Shown in pieces: positions 6,921-15,446 of a DNA stretch of 44,704 nt (position 1 is the first letter of the stretch; each line of letters opens with the position of its first letter). Source of the stretch: Tepidiformaceae bacterium (GTDB lineage Bacteria > Chloroflexota > Dehalococcoidia > Tepidiformales > Tepidiformaceae); the NCBI GenBank assembly GCA_036515015.1, contig DATBWD010000247.1, positions 1-44,704 on the forward strand. Reading direction: 5' to 3'. The notes under the pieces are model-generated. The model was not told the origin of the DNA and did no database searches. It saw only the letters and a program-made list of their open reading frames with translations. The translations under genes and the position numbers were made by a program.

Positions 6921-7309
6921 AGCCAATTACTATCGCACTTCTCGTAACGGTAGAGATAGTCCTCGTCGCCGTCGCTGGATACCTAGTCGGCGTCGAGAAT
7001 GGCATAAACGTCACGATCGCCGCCTACAATGACCAGTGCGATGCCCGCGTGCAGACGGCCATCGACGAGACGGCCCGTCAGGGAGTGGAAGTCGGCGCAC
7101 AGATGGGGATGGAGGAGGCCGGGAAGTACTGGTTGCCTCAACTGCAGGCTTGCCTTCTCGAGACGAATAGTGTCCACGCGGCCATTGCGCGGTTAATCTA
7201 CGAGGAGGAGTGGGACGACGCGGTTGCCTATGATCTCCTGTGGTGCATCATGGGTGACGCCCATCCACTGGAGGACTGTCGGGCGATGCTCGCCGAGGCC
7301 CGCCAGTGA
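6917..7309 (+). CDS. N-terminally membrane-anchored hypothetical protein
   Basis: ATGA overlap. The N-terminal TM is ITIALLVTVEIVLVAVAGYLVGV. Confidence 0.6.
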   Translation: MKPITIALLVTVEIVLVAVAGYLVGVENGINVTIAAYNDQCDARVQTAIDETARQGVEVGAQMGMEEAGKYWLPQLQACLLETNSVHAAIARLIYEEEWDDAVAYDLLWCIMGDAHPLEDCRAMLAEARQ

Positions 7310-8625
7310 CCGACCAGCAGGGGATCTGGATCGAGTACATGGACATCCGGGCACTCGTGCCCGATCCCGACAACCCGAAGGACCATGACGTCGGCGCCAT
7401 CGACGAGTCCGTCAACGTGTTCGGCTTCGTCAACCCCATGGGGATCAACGAGGAGTCGGGCCTGGTCATCTTCGGGCATGGCCGGCTGAAGGACTTGCTG
7501 GGCAAGCAGGACCGAGGCGAACGCCCACCCGGCAATGTGCGGCTGGAGGATGGCCGATGGCTGGCGCCGGTGGTGCGCGGCGTCCACCTCGACGCCGAGA
7601 AGGCGAAAGCCTACGTCATCGCCGACAACCAACTGACATTCCTCGGCGGCTGGAATGAGCCGAAACTGCTGGCGAACCTGATCGAGTTGGCTGGGCCGGC
7701 CAAGATCGGCATCGGCCTGCGGGGCACGGGCTTCGCCCCAGACGACATCGACCGGCTTGAGCGCCTGCTCAACCCAAGCGATCACGACGACCCGATCCCC
7801 CACGTGGACCTAGCGGCCAAGTTGCAGAGCAAGTGGGGTACGGTGGTCGGGCAACTCTGGCGGGTTCCCTCCAAGGCCGTGGCCGGCGTCGAGCACCGCA
7901 TCTTCTGCGGCGACTGCACCGTGCCCGAGCACATCGACGCTCTGATGGGCGACCGGACCGCCGCGCTGGTCGTCACCGACCCGCCCTATGGGATCGACCA
8001 CATTAGGCACCGCAGCGGCAAGCGGACCCGGCCGCAGGAAGGCGATGAGGACTCGGAGCGGGAGCATTACCCGGCGATCGGTGGCGACGCCCTGACCGGG
8101 AAGGAGTTCGAAGAATTCATGACCGGCGCCTTCCGCAACGTGGTGCGGCATGTGGCCGACGATGCGGCCTGGTACGTCTGGCACGCCGCCGACAACCGCG
8201 AAGCCGTCGCCCGGGCGATGGCTACCGTCGGCGTCCAGGTCCATCAGGAGATCGTGTGGAAGAAGGACAACTTCTACATGGGCCGCCAGGATTACCACTG
8301 GCAGCACGAGACCGCCCTGTACGGCTGGCGGGGCAAGCACAACTTCTACGGCGCCCGCAATCAGTCGACCGTCTGGGAGATCCGCCGGGATAAGAAGATG
8401 ATGCACCCCACCATCAAGCCGGTGGCTCTCTATATGATCCCGATGCGGAACAACACCCACCACGGCGAGATCGTGCTCGACCCCTTCGGCGGCTCGGGGC
8501 CGGTGGTGCTGGGCGCTGAGCGGACTGGCCGGCTCGGCTACGCGCTCGAACTCTCGCCGGGCTACGTGGCGGTGATCCTCCAGCGGTGCCGGGACATGGG
8601 GCTGGAGCCTCTGCTAGATGGCTGA
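7306..8625 (+). CDS. ParB-like N-terminal domain fused to a beta-class N6-A/N4-C DNA methyltransferase
   Basis: GTGA overlap. The N-terminus is ParB/Srx-like (IRALVPDPDNPKDH...GHGR). Catalytic motif IV is VVTDPPYGI. The SAM motif I LDPFGGSGP lies near the C-terminus, so the order IV then I indicates the beta class. Confidence 0.85.
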   Translation: MTDQQGIWIEYMDIRALVPDPDNPKDHDVGAIDESVNVFGFVNPMGINEESGLVIFGHGRLKDLLGKQDRGERPPGNVRLEDGRWLAPVVRGVHLDAEKAKAYVIADNQLTFLGGWNEPKLLANLIELAGPAKIGIGLRGTGFAPDDIDRLERLLNPSDHDDPIPHVDLAAKLQSKWGTVVGQLWRVPSKAVAGVEHRIFCGDCTVPEHIDALMGDRTAALVVTDPPYGIDHIRHRSGKRTRPQEGDEDSEREHYPAIGGDALTGKEFEEFMTGAFRNVVRHVADDAAWYVWHAADNREAVARAMATVGVQVHQEIVWKKDNFYMGRQDYHWQHETALYGWRGKHNFYGARNQSTVWEIRRDKKMMHPTIKPVALYMIPMRNNTHHGEIVLDPFGGSGPVVLGAERTGRLGYALELSPGYVAVILQRCRDMGLEPLLDG

Positions 8626-8785
8626 CGCTCGGATCGATATCGACATGAGCAAGCCCTGCCCCCGGTGTGGCAAGATGGGGGCGGCCAACGGCGGTCCGTG
8701 CCTGAAGTGCATCCTGAAGGCACTCGACTCTGGCGAGATCCGTCCCGGCGGCCGCCGCCGCAAGAGATCCCGTAATGCCCAATGA
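8618..8785 (+). CDS. 55-aa zinc-ribbon-like basic protein
   Basis: Below the track threshold. The ATG overlaps the methyltransferase end by 8 nt. The protein reads MADARIDIDMSKPCPRCGKMGAANGGPCLKCILK...RRRKRSRNAQ. Confidence 0.45.
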   Translation: MADARIDIDMSKPCPRCGKMGAANGGPCLKCILKALDSGEIRPGGRRRKRSRNAQ

Positions 8786-8873
8786 CATCGAGAGTCAGGG
8801 GTGCAACTGCTGTGGCTGCCTGACTGTGCTGGCGGTCATCGCAGTCTGTGTCCTTATGCTCGTGATAATCTAG
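8775..8873 (+). CDS. 32-aa Cys-rich hydrophobic peptide
   Basis: MPNDIESQGCNCCGCLTVLAVIAVCVLMLVII. It overlaps the previous small ORF by 11 nt and ends 8 nt before the SIS gene start. I see no clear SD. Confidence 0.3.
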   Translation: MPNDIESQGCNCCGCLTVLAVIAVCVLMLVII

Positions 8874-8881
8874 GAGGCCCA

Positions 8882-9436
8882 ATGGAGAATTGGACCCACG
8901 CCCGGGCTGTTGCTTTTCAATCCTACGCCCAGCGGACCATCACCGCACTCGGGACCGTCGATGCCGGAGCGGTGGCCGAGGCCGCATGGCACATGCACCG
9001 GGAGCAGCGCATGGGCGCGCACGTGTTCGTCATCGGCAATGGCGGCTCCTTCTCGACGGCCGAGCACATCGCCGCGGATCTCTCGAGATCGGGCGGGGTG
9101 AAGGGCGTCCGGGGGCCGGGCTACCTCGACTGGATCACCGGCCAGGCCAACGACTTCGGCTACGAGAGCATCTTCCAGGCGTACCTCATGATGTGCGCCA
9201 CGCCAGGCGACGTGTTGATCGCATTGTCCGTCAGCAAGCAGAGTCCCAACATCATCTTGGCCTGCCAGTATTGGCAGGAGCGCGGCGACGTCATCGGGTT
9301 GTGGGGGAGGCGATGGCCACAGGGGGCCGACAAGTTTGCCGACGTCAGTATATTTGTCGACGACGACGACCCCAAGGTGGTAGAGACATGCCATCTGGCC
9401 ATCGGCCAGGCTTGGGCCGACATGGTGAGCGCGTGA
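8882..9436 (+). CDS. SIS-domain sugar-phosphate isomerase (phosphoheptose isomerase GmhA-like)
   Basis: The ATG follows TAGGAGG, in frame with track ORF 8801..9436. Motifs VFVIGNGGSFSTAEHIAADL and GDVLIALSVSKQSPNIILA match the SIS fold of GmhA-type isomerases. Confidence 0.75.
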   Translation: MENWTHARAVAFQSYAQRTITALGTVDAGAVAEAAWHMHREQRMGAHVFVIGNGGSFSTAEHIAADLSRSGGVKGVRGPGYLDWITGQANDFGYESIFQAYLMMCATPGDVLIALSVSKQSPNIILACQYWQERGDVIGLWGRRWPQGADKFADVSIFVDDDDPKVVETCHLAIGQAWADMVSA

Positions 9437-10320
9437 GCGACCGCCCCGACGAAGTCCTTGCCCGGCACCCCAACGCCCTGCAGCGCGTGACCATCGCGCA
9501 GGGCTTCTACGCTGAGCGGCTCCGGCCCACAGCCGACCGCACAGTGAAGTTCGTCTGGTATCGGGAGGACTCCGGCGTCCCAGTCTGCTCGGCGAAGTCC
9601 CGGCGCTGCCGCAAGTGCGACCACTACTATCCCCTCGAGGAGAAGAAACTCACCGAGTGCCCGGAGTGCGGCGATCCGCGCTTCTGCCGGACGGGCGTAA
9701 TCAAGCCCGGCGACCGCTGTCGGATGCACGGGGGCGGGGCAAACAAACTCGTCGGCTCGGCCAACCCGTCATTCAAGCACGGCAAGTACTCCCGCTACAT
9801 GCCGGCCCGGCTGGCCGCCAAGTATCTCGAGTCCGCACGGGACCCCGAACTCCTCGCCAATCGCCAGGAGATAGCGGTGCTCGATGCCCGGCTGGCCGAA
9901 CTGCTGGGGCGGGTCGACACCGGGGAATCTAGCCGGCTGTTCTCGCAGGCCAGGGAAGCATTCACGGGGTTTCGCAACGCGTTGGATCGCTCCGACAAGG
10001 AGACCATGCAGATCCACCTGCAGACGCTCGATGCGACGTTGGGGCGTGCGGTGGGTGACTATGCGGCCTGGGACGATATCCGCCAGAGCCTTGAGACCCG
10101 CCGCAAACTCGTCGAGACCGAGATGCGTCGGCTGGAGAAGATGCAGCACTTCCACACGGCCGAGGAATTGCAGAGCCTGCTGACTGCCATCGCCCACATC
10201 GCCAAGCGCGTCATCTCAGACCCAAAGGTGCTGAATGAGTTCACCCTCGCCATTCTGGAACTCGGTCAGCGAGACCCTAGCCGATCTCCTGCGGCCGACG
10301 TACTACCGCGAGGCGCGTGA
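9433..10320 (+). CDS. putative terminase small subunit (zinc-ribbon plus RCxxHGG motif)
   Basis: GTGA overlap, in frame with track ORF 8890..10320. Contains CRKCDHYY...CPECGDPRFC and GDRCRMHGGGANKLVGSANPSFKHGKYS, followed by a long helical region. It lies immediately upstream of the large terminase. The functional call rests on position and memory. Confidence 0.5.
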   Translation: MSDRPDEVLARHPNALQRVTIAQGFYAERLRPTADRTVKFVWYREDSGVPVCSAKSRRCRKCDHYYPLEEKKLTECPECGDPRFCRTGVIKPGDRCRMHGGGANKLVGSANPSFKHGKYSRYMPARLAAKYLESARDPELLANRQEIAVLDARLAELLGRVDTGESSRLFSQAREAFTGFRNALDRSDKETMQIHLQTLDATLGRAVGDYAAWDDIRQSLETRRKLVETEMRRLEKMQHFHTAEELQSLLTAIAHIAKRVISDPKVLNEFTLAILELGQRDPSRSPAADVLPRGA

Positions 10321-11680
10321 CTGGCCAGACGTCAGTCACTACTACAACGCTGAGCGCCATCGATTCTACAAGCCCCACAACCGGGACGAGGCCATAGCGC
10401 TTGTCGACATCATCCACAGGTACATCCTAGCCAAGGGCGGCGAGGGCGGCGGCAAGTCCGTGTTCGGCATCATCAAGGACCTAGAGCGGTTCCGCCGGGG
10501 CTGTCACGGGATCGTCGTCAGTCCAGACTTCGAACACTTCAAGCGGTCCCTATGGCCGGAATTCCGCCGCTGGTGCCCGTGGGACATGGTCCATCCGAAG
10601 CACCGCTACCGCCAGGCACCGGAGTGGGAGCCGACCAAGCCCTTCATGTTGCTCTTTGTCACGGGGGCCGTCGGCTACTTCGGCGGCATCGATAAGGAGA
10701 TGGGCTGGGAAGGCCCGAACGTGAACTTCGCTCACTTCGACGAAGCCCGCCGCAAGGATACCCCGCTGGCCCTGAAAGTGTTGGATGGCCGCGTCCGCAT
10801 CCCCGGCCCGTTGGGCGACCCGCCGCAGATGTGGCTCACCACCACGCCCCGCAAGCATTGGCTCTTTGACTACTTCGGGCCACGCGCCCCAGGTGGCCAG
10901 ACCGACACCTATGCTGCGTTCAAGAGGGACTCGCTCGTTTTTACCCTCATCACCAAAGAGAACGAGGACAACTTGGAGCAGGACTACGCTGCCAAGCGGC
11001 GCCAGTCGCTGACGGAACAGGAGGCCCGGGTGCTCCTCGAGGCGCTATGGGAGGATCTCGAGGACACCTCGCACTTCCTGCCTTCGATGCTTCTCTGGGA
11101 CCTTTGCCAGACGACCATCCCCCCACTCGACGCCTACACGCCGATCGTGGTGAGCCTAGACGGGGCCGTTACCTACGACAACTTCGGCATCACGGCCGTG
11201 AGCCGCCATTGGGAAGAGGCCAGGCACGCGACCGACGTCGCCTTTCGCTTCGTCGAGGCCTGGACGGCTGACCAAGGCCCGATCAACTTCATGGGCACGG
11301 AGGACTATCCTGGCCCTGAGCGCCGCCTGCGCTGGCTCATCAACAACTTCAATGTCGTGCAGGTCTGCTTCGATCCAGCCCAACTGCACGACATGGCGCA
11401 GCGGCTCGGCGTGCCGGGCGACGGGCTGGCGTGGTTTTCCGAGTTCAGCCAGGCGGCGGAGCGGCTGGTGGCCGACAAGCGCCTGCTGGATCTGATCATC
11501 CAGCGCCGGGCGCAGCACGACGGGAATCCGAGCCTGCGGCAGCACATCGAGAATGCCGACAAGAAAGAGGACCCCGAGACCCGGCGGCTACGGATCGTCA
11601 AGCGGCACGAGGCATTGAAGATCGACTTGGCCGTGTCGGGCTCGATGGCTGCCCATCGCTGTCTGGAATTGAATCTGTAG
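10235..11680 (+). CDS. terL: terminase large subunit
   Basis: Walker A-like LAKGGEGGGKS, Walker B-like VNFAHFDEA, and a C-terminal RNaseH-like nuclease region (VVSLDGA...VCFDPAQ). About 480 aa, upstream of the portal. It overlaps the upstream gene by 86 nt, with no later in-frame start seen. Confidence 0.85.
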   Translation: MSSPSPFWNSVSETLADLLRPTYYREARDWPDVSHYYNAERHRFYKPHNRDEAIALVDIIHRYILAKGGEGGGKSVFGIIKDLERFRRGCHGIVVSPDFEHFKRSLWPEFRRWCPWDMVHPKHRYRQAPEWEPTKPFMLLFVTGAVGYFGGIDKEMGWEGPNVNFAHFDEARRKDTPLALKVLDGRVRIPGPLGDPPQMWLTTTPRKHWLFDYFGPRAPGGQTDTYAAFKRDSLVFTLITKENEDNLEQDYAAKRRQSLTEQEARVLLEALWEDLEDTSHFLPSMLLWDLCQTTIPPLDAYTPIVVSLDGAVTYDNFGITAVSRHWEEARHATDVAFRFVEAWTADQGPINFMGTEDYPGPERRLRWLINNFNVVQVCFDPAQLHDMAQRLGVPGDGLAWFSEFSQAAERLVADKRLLDLIIQRRAQHDGNPSLRQHIENADKKEDPETRRLRIVKRHEALKIDLAVSGSMAAHRCLELNL

Positions 11681-11697
11681 CCCACAGGGGCTATACT
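11669..11697 (+). promoter_or_regulatory. sigma70/sigmaA-like promoter candidate
   Basis: TTGAAT (11669-11674), an exactly 17-nt spacer, then TATACT (11692-11697). It straddles the terL stop. The next gene starts at 11712, giving a leader of only about 8 nt. Confidence 0.4.
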
Positions 11698-11711
11698 CAC
11701 CGGGAGAATCG

Positions 11712-12167
11712 ATGAAGCGACACAACCGCATGCCCCTCGCGCCCACCGCCGGCGGGCGCCGGCGCGAGGCCCAAGCCCTGATCGTCGAACGTCCGGGGCC
11801 GTCGGCCGAGATCGTCTGCCCCTTCTGTTTCCCCCGGCACCCCTTGGTGGTGGGCCAGCCGGCGAAGTGCGGCACGGTCCTCGAACTGAAGGCGGTGCAG
11901 CGGCTCTATACTGGAGTGGCGTGCGGAAAGTGCGGAAAGACCAACGGGACGCTGGTCAAGCGCGGCGACAACTACCAGCACGCGCAGGACTGCATGCCCG
12001 GCAAACTCCTACTCGCCGAAGATCCGGTGCCGAGCCGATGGGCGGCGATCGTCTATCGCATGCCTCCGCGCCTGAAGGTATGGATCGAGAACAGGCGGGG
12101 TAGCCAGGTGGCGACCCGGCTGCAGGGCCAGGATGGCAAGGTGGTGTACTCGTGGCTCCAAGCCTAG
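11712..12167 (+). CDS. hypothetical Cys-rich protein
   Basis: Track ORF. Contains CPFC...C and CGKCGK. It lies between the terminase and portal genes. Confidence 0.6.
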   Translation: MKRHNRMPLAPTAGGRRREAQALIVERPGPSAEIVCPFCFPRHPLVVGQPAKCGTVLELKAVQRLYTGVACGKCGKTNGTLVKRGDNYQHAQDCMPGKLLLAEDPVPSRWAAIVYRMPPRLKVWIENRRGSQVATRLQGQDGKVVYSWLQA

Positions 12168-12176
12168 GAGGGTCGC

Positions 12177-13862
12177 ATGCCAGATAATCCGCCCGCAGCC
12201 ATCACGCCCGAGACTATGCTCGAGTCGGTGCGGGCCACTGTCCAGACCATCCCCGAGGCCTCGCAGGCGACGCAGCCCACCGATAGCATCATCATGTACA
12301 TCGCCTCCGTGGCCGATTCCCTCCCGCCGTGGGGGACTCAGACCCAGCGCCGGGACAAGATGCTCCGGGAGTTCTTCATCCGGGAGCCGTTCCTCGCCGG
12401 TGCCGTCGGTTCCGTCTGTGCTTCGCACGCCTCCTATCGATGGGAAATCGAGAGCGAGGACGACGAACTGAAGAAGGTCGTCACGGCCATGCTCGAGACG
12501 GCCCACTTTGGCGAAGGTTGGACGTCGTTCGCCAGCATGGTGACCATAGACTACTTGACGCAGGACCGCGGGGCCTACGTCGAGATCATCCGAGATGGCG
12601 CATCGCCGTCCGCACCTGTGCTCGGCATTGCGGTGCTCGAGGCGTTGCGATGCACCCCCACCGGCAACCCCAGGACGCCGGTCGTGTACGAGGATGAGCA
12701 CGGCGGCCGCCACCTCCTGAACTACTACGACGTCGCCCGCCTAATAGAGATGCCGTCCAGCATCTCTACCATGCGCGGCATGCAGTACTCCGCCGTCAGC
12801 CGGGTTCTCGCCGCCTCCCAGATCATGCGGGACATCATCATCTACCGGGGCGAGAAGGTCGGCGGCCGGTTCCAGCGCGTGCTACACATCGTGGGCGGGC
12901 CGGCCAAGCAGGACATCAGGCGGGCGCTACAGATGGGCGACGAGGATGCCGACAACCAAGGGCTGGTCCGCTTCCAACTGCCGACCATCCTAGCCTCGCT
13001 CGATCCTTCGAAGCCCGTGAGCCACGTCGAGATCCCGCTGGCCAGCCTGCCCGACAACTTCGACCTCGAAGATGAGATGAAGTGGTACATCACCACCATC
13101 GCCGCCTGCTTCGGGCGGGACTACCAGGACTTCGCCCCTCTGCCCGGCGGCAACCTCGGATCCTCGGGGCAGTCCGAAGTGATGGCGGCCAAGACGAAGG
13201 GGAAAGGCCCCCGGCTGTTCATGTCTAGCGTGGAATATGCTATGAACTTCCGGGGCATCGTGCCGACGCCCCTAGCGAAGTTCAACTTTCGGGAGATGGA
13301 CCTCGAGGATGAGGGGAACCACGAAAAGATCCGGCGCCTGCGGGCTGAAACTCGAGCATCCATGATCAAGTCGGGCGAGATCACGCCCGAGGTGGCCCGG
13401 CTGATGGCCATCAAGGACGGGGACTATGACAAGGATTTGCTCCCCGTGATCGAGAAGAGCGAGGAGGAGGCCCGGGTGCGAGCAGAGGAGAACCTGCGGC
13501 TAAACGCCGAGGTGAACGCCGAGACACGGCAGACGCCCGGTGGCCGGACGTCCCAGGCCAACGTCCCCAAGCCGACCCGGAGCATCGGGGCGGCCAAGAA
13601 GGACATGTTGGCCCCGGACTTCCGGGCCGACCTGCAGGCTATGCTGCCACTGGCGGCCATCGTCCACTCGCTCAGGACGAACCAGCGCTCGGAGGCCCTA
13701 GCGCCAGTGCTCGAGAAGATGCTGGCTGGGCAGGTTGGCACGTCACAGGCCGTGACTGGCCTGCTGGTGGAGGTCGGAGCGCTCATCAAGACGCTCAAGG
13801 AGGCTCCGCCCCCGCAGGTGATCATCCAGCCGTCTATAATCCCGCCAGCCAAGGAGAAGTGA
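12177..13862 (+). CDS. portal protein
   Basis: The ATG follows AGGAGG. 561 aa, directly after terL, with an acidic/helical C-terminal tail typical of portals. The call rests mainly on position and size. Confidence 0.7.
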   Translation: MPDNPPAAITPETMLESVRATVQTIPEASQATQPTDSIIMYIASVADSLPPWGTQTQRRDKMLREFFIREPFLAGAVGSVCASHASYRWEIESEDDELKKVVTAMLETAHFGEGWTSFASMVTIDYLTQDRGAYVEIIRDGASPSAPVLGIAVLEALRCTPTGNPRTPVVYEDEHGGRHLLNYYDVARLIEMPSSISTMRGMQYSAVSRVLAASQIMRDIIIYRGEKVGGRFQRVLHIVGGPAKQDIRRALQMGDEDADNQGLVRFQLPTILASLDPSKPVSHVEIPLASLPDNFDLEDEMKWYITTIAACFGRDYQDFAPLPGGNLGSSGQSEVMAAKTKGKGPRLFMSSVEYAMNFRGIVPTPLAKFNFREMDLEDEGNHEKIRRLRAETRASMIKSGEITPEVARLMAIKDGDYDKDLLPVIEKSEEEARVRAEENLRLNAEVNAETRQTPGGRTSQANVPKPTRSIGAAKKDMLAPDFRADLQAMLPLAAIVHSLRTNQRSEALAPVLEKMLAGQVGTSQAVTGLLVEVGALIKTLKEAPPPQVIIQPSIIPPAKEK

Positions 13863-13924
13863 CCGTGCCCGTGCAGACAGTGAACCTAGAAATCGCCCGT
13901 TGAAAGGCAAGGAGGAATAGCCCC

Positions 13925-14359
13925 ATGAACATGCATCGTGTCTACGAACGCCCGGAAGGCCGGCGGGAAGGCAAGGTCCTGCTCGGTGTAGAGGTCCTCG
14001 ATACGGGGACGCGCGCGGAGCAGCAGTTCAGCCCGGATCTCGTCGCCAAGGCCATCGAGCAGGGATGGATGACGCTGGAGGCCGACGTGCTGACCCTGAA
14101 GGCATATCAGCAGGAGGACCTGCACTACAAGGTCCTGCGCCTTCCTGGCCGCTACTGCCTGCACTGCAAGGCAGCCCTGCCCGGCGTCCGAGAGGACTAC
14201 TCGGGCGTGGCGGCCCGAGAGCATGTGGCCCTCGAGCACCCCGGCAAGCCATCCCCCAGCAAGGAATGGCACACCGGCTACGAGGTTGTGAACGCGTTCG
14301 AGTGCGTGCTCGACGCCAAGCAGCACGCGAAGTTCAAGGCGGGAGGTCGCCGTGGCTAA
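13925..14359 (+). CDS. hypothetical protein
   Basis: The ATG follows AAGGAGG. Track ORF. Confidence 0.6.
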   Translation: MNMHRVYERPEGRREGKVLLGVEVLDTGTRAEQQFSPDLVAKAIEQGWMTLEADVLTLKAYQQEDLHYKVLRLPGRYCLHCKAALPGVREDYSGVAAREHVALEHPGKPSPSKEWHTGYEVVNAFECVLDAKQHAKFKAGGRRG

Positions 14360-14828
14360 CTTCGTTTTCAACACCAGCAAGGGCCGTGCGGCGGAGTTCT
14401 ACAACCGCGTCGACACCAACGACCCGGCGGCCGCCGAATTGGTCGTCATGCTCTTGGCTTCCACCGGCATCGAGACGGATGCTGTCCTACGGGACAAGGA
14501 TACATTTGCCGACGTTGTGTCGGGCACGACCAACGAAGCCACGAACACGGGCTACGCCAAGAAGGTCCTAACCGATGTTGAACTGGCCGCCTTCGCGCCG
14601 GACGATGGGGCCGACGTCGTCAACCTCGACATCCCAGATCAGACATGGGTCGCCGTGGCCAACGATGGCACCGGCGCCATCGGTGATCTGGACATCGGCT
14701 ATGACCCGGTCGGCTCCCAGACCATGGCCGACATCATCCCGATGACCCAGCACGATTTCGTGGTGACCCCGGATGGCTCGGACATCACGGCGCAGATCGC
14801 CGCGGCGGGCTTCTTCCAGGCGGCATAG
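14352..14828 (+). CDS. hypothetical head-module protein
   Basis: The GTG follows GGGAGG and overlaps the upstream gene by 8 nt. The composition is acidic and Thr/Asp/Ala-rich. It resembles structural-region proteins of other phages, but I cannot name a family. Confidence 0.6.
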   Translation: MANFVFNTSKGRAAEFYNRVDTNDPAAAELVVMLLASTGIETDAVLRDKDTFADVVSGTTNEATNTGYAKKVLTDVELAAFAPDDGADVVNLDIPDQTWVAVANDGTGAIGDLDIGYDPVGSQTMADIIPMTQHDFVVTPDGSDITAQIAAAGFFQAA

Positions 14829-14888
14829 CCGACGGCCGGGGCGCGGCAACGGAGGCGAAGTCCGACAGTTTCAGGCCAGGAGAACTAA

Positions 14889-15446
14889 ATGAATCTGGCG
14901 ATCTGCCTTATCCACAACCGGACGGCGCTACAGAATCGCGGCCAGATCACGGCCATTGCCAATCTGGTCGTTTCCAATTACCTGCCGCTAGGTTCGACCT
15001 CTGAGGAATATGAGGAGAGGTACTACACCATCGCGGGGCTGGCGGTCCCGCACGTCGCCAAGTTCTATCAGGTCCTGCCCTTCGGCGTGAACCGGCCGAA
15101 CAACATGGAGACGCTCGACTCGCACAATGTCATCTACGGTGCGAGGGACGAGAACAAGACGGGTACACATCCCCGCTTTCGTAATTGGTCGATCAAGCGC
15201 GCCTGTGACCACGGCGCGGATGTTGTCGCCCTCGTGACTGACCACGCGCAGTTCACCGTTGCTGGGCTAACCCTCCAAATCGCCCGGCTGGTGGACCGGC
15301 GCTTGCTAGTCCTGCCACTGTGGGGCCTAGCCGTGTCCTGCCGCCTGTTCCCGCTGATCGGCCAGTTCCGGGAGGACCTAAACGCCGTCGACGCCTTGGC
15401 TGATCTTCGGGCGCGCATCCTCGCCGCCGGGTGGGAGGCAGACTGA
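14889..15446 (+). CDS. hypothetical protein (weak GT-A-like motif)
   Basis: The ATG follows AGGAGAA. The gene is visibly more A/T-rich than its neighbours. RFRNWSIKRACDHGADVVALVTDH loosely resembles the RN-x-G...DxD region of GT2 enzymes. Very tentative. Confidence 0.55.
   Translation: MNLAICLIHNRTALQNRGQITAIANLVVSNYLPLGSTSEEYEERYYTIAGLAVPHVAKFYQVLPFGVNRPNNMETLDSHNVIYGARDENKTGTHPRFRNWSIKRACDHGADVVALVTDHAQFTVAGLTLQIARLVDRRLLVLPLWGLAVSCRLFPLIGQFREDLNAVDALADLRARILAAGWEAD

Noticed and set aside
8890-9432. The N-terminal 181 codons of track ORF 8890..10320 (476 aa).
   Set aside because: This part overlaps the SIS isomerase gene in another frame and translates to Arg/Gly/His-rich low complexity. 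A GTG in a GTGA overlap at 9433 gives a sensible start for the real gene.
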